From assembly GCA_043228905.1 (NCBI GenBank), contig JBHGNT010000005.1, forward strand, positions 10,850,001-10,914,000: 64,000 nt of DNA, written 5' to 3'. The notes under the pieces are model-generated. The model had not been told where the DNA came from and ran no database searches. It saw only the letters and a list, made by a program, of their open reading frames with translations. Origin of the DNA: Azolla caroliniana (taxonomy: Eukaryota > Plantae > Polypodiophyta). Of this stretch, positions 57,530 through 64,000 are shown in pieces (the stretch's first letter is position 1; every line of letters starts with the position of its first letter). The translations under genes were made by a program, and so were the position numbers.

Positions 57530-60500
57530 AAAGTTACGCCATTTTATGCTTATACGGGATGTCACCCCCGGTGGAGTGTACTTGAAACCCCAGAGGTGTC
57601 CACAAATCCGTGCGCGGAGGATCGTTTGGAGCGGTTACGCAAGATACAAGTGGATTTATCTACTCATCTCCAGCAAGCTCAACAAACACACAAGGTCTAC
57701 GCGGATCGTCATCGACTTCCATCCAGTTTTAATATTGGAGATCGGGTGTGGCTGCTATGACGACACATCAAGACTACTCGCCCATGTGAGAAGTTGGATT
57801 ATCGGTGATTAGGTCCTTTCCGTATTATTGGACAGATTAATGATGTCACTTTTCGTCTCGATCTACCTCCTCAACTTCGGATACATCCGGTGTTTCATAG
57901 TTCTCTCCTCGAACCCTACCACGAGAGCACCATCCCAGGACGTCTTATCCAACCTCCACCCCCGATCGAGCTTGAAGATGGGCCGGAGTATGAGGTTGCC
58001 GCCATCCTTGATTCCAAGATTGTTCGCAACAAGCTCTACTATCTAGTCGATTGGCTAGGCTATAGTCCCAGCGAACGTACTTGGGAACCGATCGAGAATG
58101 TGACCAATGCTCGTGCTCTTCTTGAAGACTTCCATCGTCAATATCTACACAAACCGGGTCCTCAATCCAAGACGACTCGTGACACTCGTCGTTTTAAAGG
58201 GGGGATAGTGTCATGATATGGCAAGACTCGAACCCATGACCTTAGATTATATGGGTCGAGCTCTTGACCATTAGACCATCTATTGTAATACGTAGGATAT
58301 TATTTTCATTTACATTTTATTATAGGAAATTAGTGTATATTCCAGATTTCTCTTGAACATTCTAGAAGCTTCAAGATTATTCCTGAAAACACTATAAAAG
58401 AGGGCACTAGGCATTATGTTGAACCAAATTGGTTCAACGCCAGTCTTAAGCCTCCTAGTTACTGTACATTTTCTTCACATAATATATATATTTTCTTATC
58501 ATCACTCTCTCTCTCTCTCGATCTCTCTCTCCCTCCCTCTCACTCACTCTTTCCTTCTCTCGAGAGTTCTTCACCTCACTTAGTACTAATACTTCTTTTA
58601 GTACTAAGTCCTTCTCTGTCTTAGTACTGTTCCTGACACCGATGAGACGTAATGCACCACTGGAGTTGGTGCATACTGATGTATGTCAAGTGGATACGAA
58701 ATCACATGCCGGATCGCAGTACTTCGTGACGTTCATAGATGAGCACAACCGGAAGCTATGGGCCACACCGTTGAAGACGAAGGATCAGGTGTTATCCGTC
58801 TTCAAAGAGCTCCACGCGAGAGTGGAAACAGAAACCGACCGGAAGCTGAAGGCGGTTCGAGCAGATAACGGAGGTGAATACCGGGGGCAGTTCGAGGAAT
58901 ATTGTCGCTCGAAGGGAATCCAGCTCGAATTTACCGTGCCGAAGACGCCGGAACTGAACGGGCTGGCCGAGAGGATGAACCGGACCATAATGGAGAGGGT
59001 CCGGAGTATGCTGGCGCATGCAAAACTACCCAAGAAGTTTTGGGCTGAGGCACTGTCGACGGCGACATATGTGATAAACAGATCAACCTTAGTACCCTTA
59101 GACGGAGACACGCCACAGAGAGTCTAGACCGGTAAGGAAGTGTCCTACCGGCATCTGAAGGTATTCGGGTGTCTCGCGTACGTGCATGTAGCTGAGGACC
59201 GGAGAGGAAAGTTAGATCCAAAGACCCGGCCATGCATATTCCCCGGTTACGGCGATGATGAGTTCGGCTACCGAGTGTGGGACCTGGTCGACAAGAAGGT
59301 ATTCCGGAGTCGAGATATTATCTTCATGGAGGACAAGACGCTCACTGACTGGGAGTCGGAGAAGAAGATAATGAACTCCGAGTCGACTGGTAAGGATTGA
59401 TTCTATGATGAACAGACCCAACCGGCAAGAGACCGGTTAGCACTCAAGGAACCAGCCGGTTACGGTGAGGATACCGAACCGGCAGAAGAAGAAGTAGAGG
59501 AAGCCGAAACCGAAACCGGCCAAGACCCCGAATGGGATTCGGATGAAGAGCAAATGGAGGAGCCGGTTACCGAAGCCCAAAGACAGAGATATCCTCTTAG
59601 AGAGAGAAGGGCCCCCCGGAGATTTCCGGATGCAGAGCATGTGTTTCTAACCGATGAGGGGGAGCCAGAAAGCTTTGTAGAGGCGAAGGATGACACCCAC
59701 AACCGCAAATGGTTAAGTGCCATGCAGGATGAGATGGATTCCCTGCATGAGAACCATACGTATGAATTGGTGGAGTTGCTGAAAGGAAAGCGGGCACTCC
59801 GAAATAAGTGGGTGTACAAGTTGAAACCGGGAGATGTCGGCAACCCCCCGAGATACAAAGCCAGGATCGTGGTGAAGGGGTTCCAGCAGAAGAAGGGCGT
59901 GGACTTCGACGAGATATTTGCCTCGGTAGTAAAGATGACCTCCATCTGGACGGTGCTGAGTATAGCGACAAGCATGGACCTCGAGGTAGAGCAGTTGGAC
60001 GTGAAGACGTCATTCCTTCACGGCGACCTCGAAGAGGAGATCTACATGCAGCAACCGGAAGGATTCGTGGTGAAAGGGAAGGAGCACCTGGTTTACCGGT
60101 TGAAGAAGAGCCTCTATGGGTTGAAGCAGGCCCCCCGGCAATGGTACCGGAAGTTCGACTCCTTCATGACCGATCAAGGGTACCACAAGAAGCAGGCCGA
60201 TCACTGCGTGTTTGTGAAGAAGTTCGAAGGAGGCGACTTCCTGATACTCCTTCTGTACGTGGACGACATGTTGATTGTCGGACGGGACCAAGCCAAAATA
60301 CGGATGCTGAAGATGGCTCTCAACCGGACCTTCTCAATGAAAGACTTGGGTCCAGCAAGACAGATGTTGGGGATGCATATTATCCGGAACCAGTCAGTGA
60401 AGCAATTGTGGCGGTCACAGGAGAAGTACGTGACAAAGGTGCTTCACCGGTTCAACATGTCAGATGCGAAACCGGTCGGATTGACACTCCCGGCAAACTG

Positions 60501-63500
60501 CAGATTATTCGGTAAGCAAAGCCCGAAGACGAAAGCAGAGAAGGCTGATATGATGAAGGTTCCATATGCCTCTGTCATCGGGAGCTTGATGTACGCAATG
60601 GTGTGTACCCGACCGGATATAGGCTACGCAGTCGGAGTGGTGAGCCGGTTTATGAGCAATCTCGGCAAGGAGCACTGGAACGCGGTCAAATAGATACTCC
60701 GGTACTTGAAGGGCACTTTGAATATGTGTCTCCGATTCGGCTCCGGAAAACCTCAACTAGACGGTTTTACCGATTCGGACATGTTGGCTGATGTGGATAC
60801 CAGTCGGTCTACATCCGGGTATGTAATGACATATGTAGGGGGTGCTATTTTGTGGCAGTCGAGGTTGCAGAAGACGGTTGCGTTGTCAACCACGGAGGCG
60901 GAGTACATGGCGGTTGTGGAAGCCGGCAAGGAAATATTATGGATGAAGGACTTCATCGGAGAGCTCGGTATCCGGCAAGATGAATACCGGCTCTATTGCG
61001 ACAGTCAAAGTGCCATCCACCTTGCTAAGAATGCGGCTTACCATTCCCGGACGAAGGATATCCAGCAAAGGTATCACTGGATCCGGGAAAGAGTAGATGA
61101 CCAAGAGTTCGCGCTGACGAAGATCCACACGGCCGAGAACGGGTCAGATATGCTGACCAAAGTACTGATACCCGACAAGTTGGATGCATGCCGGAAGTGG
61201 GTCGGACTAGTAAGACATCCCATGCCGGAGTGAAGGGGGAGTTTGTTAGGAAATAGGTCCCTCTTGATGGGAAGTGAGAAGAACAGTACTTATGAGCAAA
61301 CTTAGCCGAGGCCGATAGGCCGAGGCTGAAAACCGGATGACGAGTACCCCGGCTACGGAGAGCCGAATGGTGCAGACCCGGTGAGAACCGGATGACGAGT
61401 ACCCGGCTACGGAGAGCCGGATGGTGCAGACCCGGTGAGAACTGGATGACGAGTACCCGGCTACGGAGAACCGGATGGTGCAGACCCGGTGAGAACCGGA
61501 TGAAGAGACATATTTGTAAATATGTTTCTGAGAGTCCATCGTGGCTATATTTGTAAATAGCCGAAAAGTCATATTAGTATAAATATGACTTGGGCAAACT
61601 TATGATTAGAGTTACTGTCATTCTTGTTGGCGCAAGATTAGAGCGCGCAACTGTGTATAGAGAGAGTGAGAGAGAGGAAGAGGTCGTTGCCTCTGATTGT
61701 AATCGTTGTCTGTGGCAAAGACAGCAAGCTCGAGGTCGTGGCCTCGGTGCTTTCTTATTGTACATTCTGACATAGTGATAGTTTGCGGTCTGTGGGCTGC
61801 CGTGGTTTTTCCTGAGTTTGGGTTTTCCACGTAAACATCCTGTGTACTCTTCTCTCTATCGTGTTTGTGTTTCATTCCCTGTTTTCTATGTTTTATTCTA
61901 GGCTCGGTTGTGGTCGAGCGTTGTTCAAAGGGAGCGTGTAGTCCCTGTCATCAATAACATGGGAAATGGGGTTGGCCCTTTGTCTATACTGAGTAGACTT
62001 TGATTACAATGCATGGGGTTTTAAAGCACCCATGTGTGAAAAGAATACAGGACCGTATGCTCATTTTCATTTAGGCCCATATCAATCATTGGAAATGGTG
62101 TGAGTTCCTTCTTAGCTAACGTTGGTTTTAGGAAAATGGATTTGTTTTTGTTTGCACATATGGAATTTGAAGGATTGAGATAATTGAAATTTTGAATGTG
62201 TATACTTATTTCTATGAATTTTCAATGGGGCAAGTTTGAGCCTTTCATGAGCTTGCAAGTCCCTCCCCCCCCAAAAAAAATACATTATGGGTGCCACATG
62301 TGCAGGTTGTTAATGATTTCAATGAAAAGTTTGCACTTAGCCGAGATACATTCAAGTGAGATGGAGAGCAAAAGATTTGTACAAGGTAGTTGATGTGGAA
62401 ATGAATGACCTCTCTTCCCTCCCATTTGACGATGTCCCTTTCCTTCATCATTGTGTGAAAAGAATATAGGGCGTATCCCATGTTTACATTTATCAATAAC
62501 ATGGGAAATGGGGTTGGCCCTTTGTCTATACTGAGTAGACTTTGATTACAATGCATGGGGTTTTAAAGCACCCGTGTGTGAAAAGAATACAGGACCGTAT
62601 GCTACATTTTCATTTAGGCCCATATCAATCATTGGAAATGGTGTGAGTTCCTTCTTAGCTAACGTTGGTTTTAGCAAAATGGATTTGTTTTTGTTTGCAC
62701 ATATGGAATTTGAAGGATTGGGATAATTGAAATTTTGAATGTGTATACTTATTTCTATGAATTTTCAATGGGGCAAGTTTGAGCCTTTCATGAGCTTGCA
62801 AGTCCCTCCACCCCCAAAAAAAATACATTATGGGTGCCACATGTGCAGGTTGTTAATGATTTCAATGAAAAGTTTGCACTTAGCCGAGATGCATTCAAGT
62901 GAGATAGAGAGCAAAAGATTTGTACAAGGTAGTTGATGTGGAAATGAATGACCTCTCTTCCCTCCCATTTGACGATGTCCCTTTCCTTCATCATTGTGTG
63001 AAAAGAATATAGGGCGTATCCCATGTTTACATTTATCAATAACATGGGAAATGGGGTTGGCCCTTTGTCTATACTGAGTAGACTTTGATTACAATGCATG
63101 GGGTTTTAAAGCACCCATGTGTGAAGAGAATACAGGACCGTATGCTCATTTTCATTTAGGCCCATATCAATCATTGGAAATGGTGTGAGTTCCTTCTTAG
63201 CTAACGTTGGTTTTAGGAAAATGGATTTGTTTTTGTTTGCACATATGGAATTTGAAGGATTGAGATAATTGAAATTTTGAATGTGTATACTTATTTCTAT
63301 GAATTTTCAATGGGGCAAGTTTGAGCCTTTCATGAGCTTGCAAGTCCCTCCCCCCCCAAAAAAAATACATTATGGGTGCCACATGTGCAGGTTGTTAATG
63401 ATTTCAATGAAAAGTTTGCACTTAGCCGAGATGCATTCAAGTGAGATGGAGAGCAAAAGATTTGTACAAGGTAGTTGATGTGGAAATGAATGACCTCTCT

Positions 63501-64000
63501 TCCCTCCCATTTGACGATGTCCCTTTCCTTCATCATTGTGTGAAAAGAATATAGGGCGTATGCCATGTTTACATTTATCAATAACATGGGAAATGGGGTT
63601 GGCCCTTTGTCTATACTGAGTAGACTTTGATTACAATGCATGGGGTTTTAAAGCACCCATGTGTGAAGAGAATACAGGACCGTATGCTCATTTTCATTTA
63701 GGCCCATATCAATCATTGGAAATGGTGTGAGTTCCTTCTTAGCTAACGTTGGTTTTAGGAAAATGGATTTGTTTTTGTTTGCACATATGGAATTTGAAGG
63801 ATTGAGATAATTGAAATTTTGAATGTGTATACTTATTTCTATGAATTTTCAATGGGGCAAGTTTGAGCCTTTCATGAGCTTGCAAGTCCCTCCCCCCCCC
63901 CCAAAAAAAAGAAATACATTATGGGTGCTATGAAATGACTCGAATAATTATAGATTAGATGATGGGATGTTGATTTCCTGGTGCGATGCTTGATCAAATA

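Larger units (their letters stand above)
52771..58638 (+). mobile_element. Ty3/gypsy chromovirus (Tf1/sushi/Tcn1-like), full length but with stops and frameshifts
   Basis: 430-bp LTRs at 52771-53200 and 58209-58638, TSD CCGAT. PEG10-like gag (from 53275) with CLYCGGPGHIAINC, protease LLDSGA, RT YLDD, RNase H, integrase, and chromodomain [11 protein letters not shown]...YLVDWLGY...TWEP. PPT at ~58196-58208. Confidence 0.96.
49833..61950 (+). mobile_element. Full-length, decayed Ty1/copia element with two nested insertions
   Basis: 5' LTR 49833-51298, PBS TGGTATCAGAGC 51302-51313, gag with CFYCGKPRHFQKNC, protease VVDSGAS, integrase (58642-59400), RT (YVDD), RNase H, PPT 61232-61241, 3' LTR 61244-61950. 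TSD TCAAT (49828-49832 / 61951-61955). Confidence 0.96.
49628..63928. repeat. Tandem array of four ~543-bp units; unit 1 split by the copia insertion
   Basis: Units start GCCACATGTGCAGG at 49628, 62293, 62836 and 63378. Unit 1 = 49628-49832 + 61956-62292. The array ends at 63928. Units are nearly identical. Confidence 0.95.

Noticed and set aside
59808-60515. 235-aa overlapping ORF within the copia RT
   Set aside because: Off-frame product of GC-rich codon usage, with no domain similarity.
62112-63641. Repeated 61-103-aa ORFs in the tandem array
   Set aside because: They recur only because the DNA unit repeats. No recognisable domain or codon bias.

Overview
Plant nuclear DNA, inferred to come from a non-seed vascular plant, probably a fern. 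The clues are PLS-type PPRs with long inserted L motifs, a self-priming Tcn1-like chromovirus, RTE LINEs and a ZNF862-like hAT. Six apparently intact host genes sit among nested transposons: an intronless SUVH H3K9 methyltransferase (6144-9965), a small secreted 4-Cys protein (21154-21558, -), an HLTF/RAD5-family HIRAN-SNF2-RING helicase (3 exons), two PLS-E PPR genes and a kinesin-light-chain-like TPR gene. Several TE boundaries resolve to the base through target-site duplications (TSDs): a solo LTR in an L1; a 5.1-kb hAT in a solo LTR; and a 12.1-kb copia (with a hAT MITE in its 5' LTR and a chromovirus in its pol) inserted in unit 1 of a 4 x ~543-bp tandem array. Main observations: (1) the SUVH has ~13 RDFP-type motifs in a repeated N-terminal module, a Phe at the F/Y product-specificity switch (ELTFDY) and an altered SRA pocket; (2) the hAT carries an intron-containing Ataxin-2/CID3-4 gene fragment (Pack-hAT); (3) the secreted protein is GC-rich and resembles fungal effector-type proteins; (4) the chromovirus has a visible self-priming PBS. 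All family assignments come from motif recognition by eye; no database search was run.
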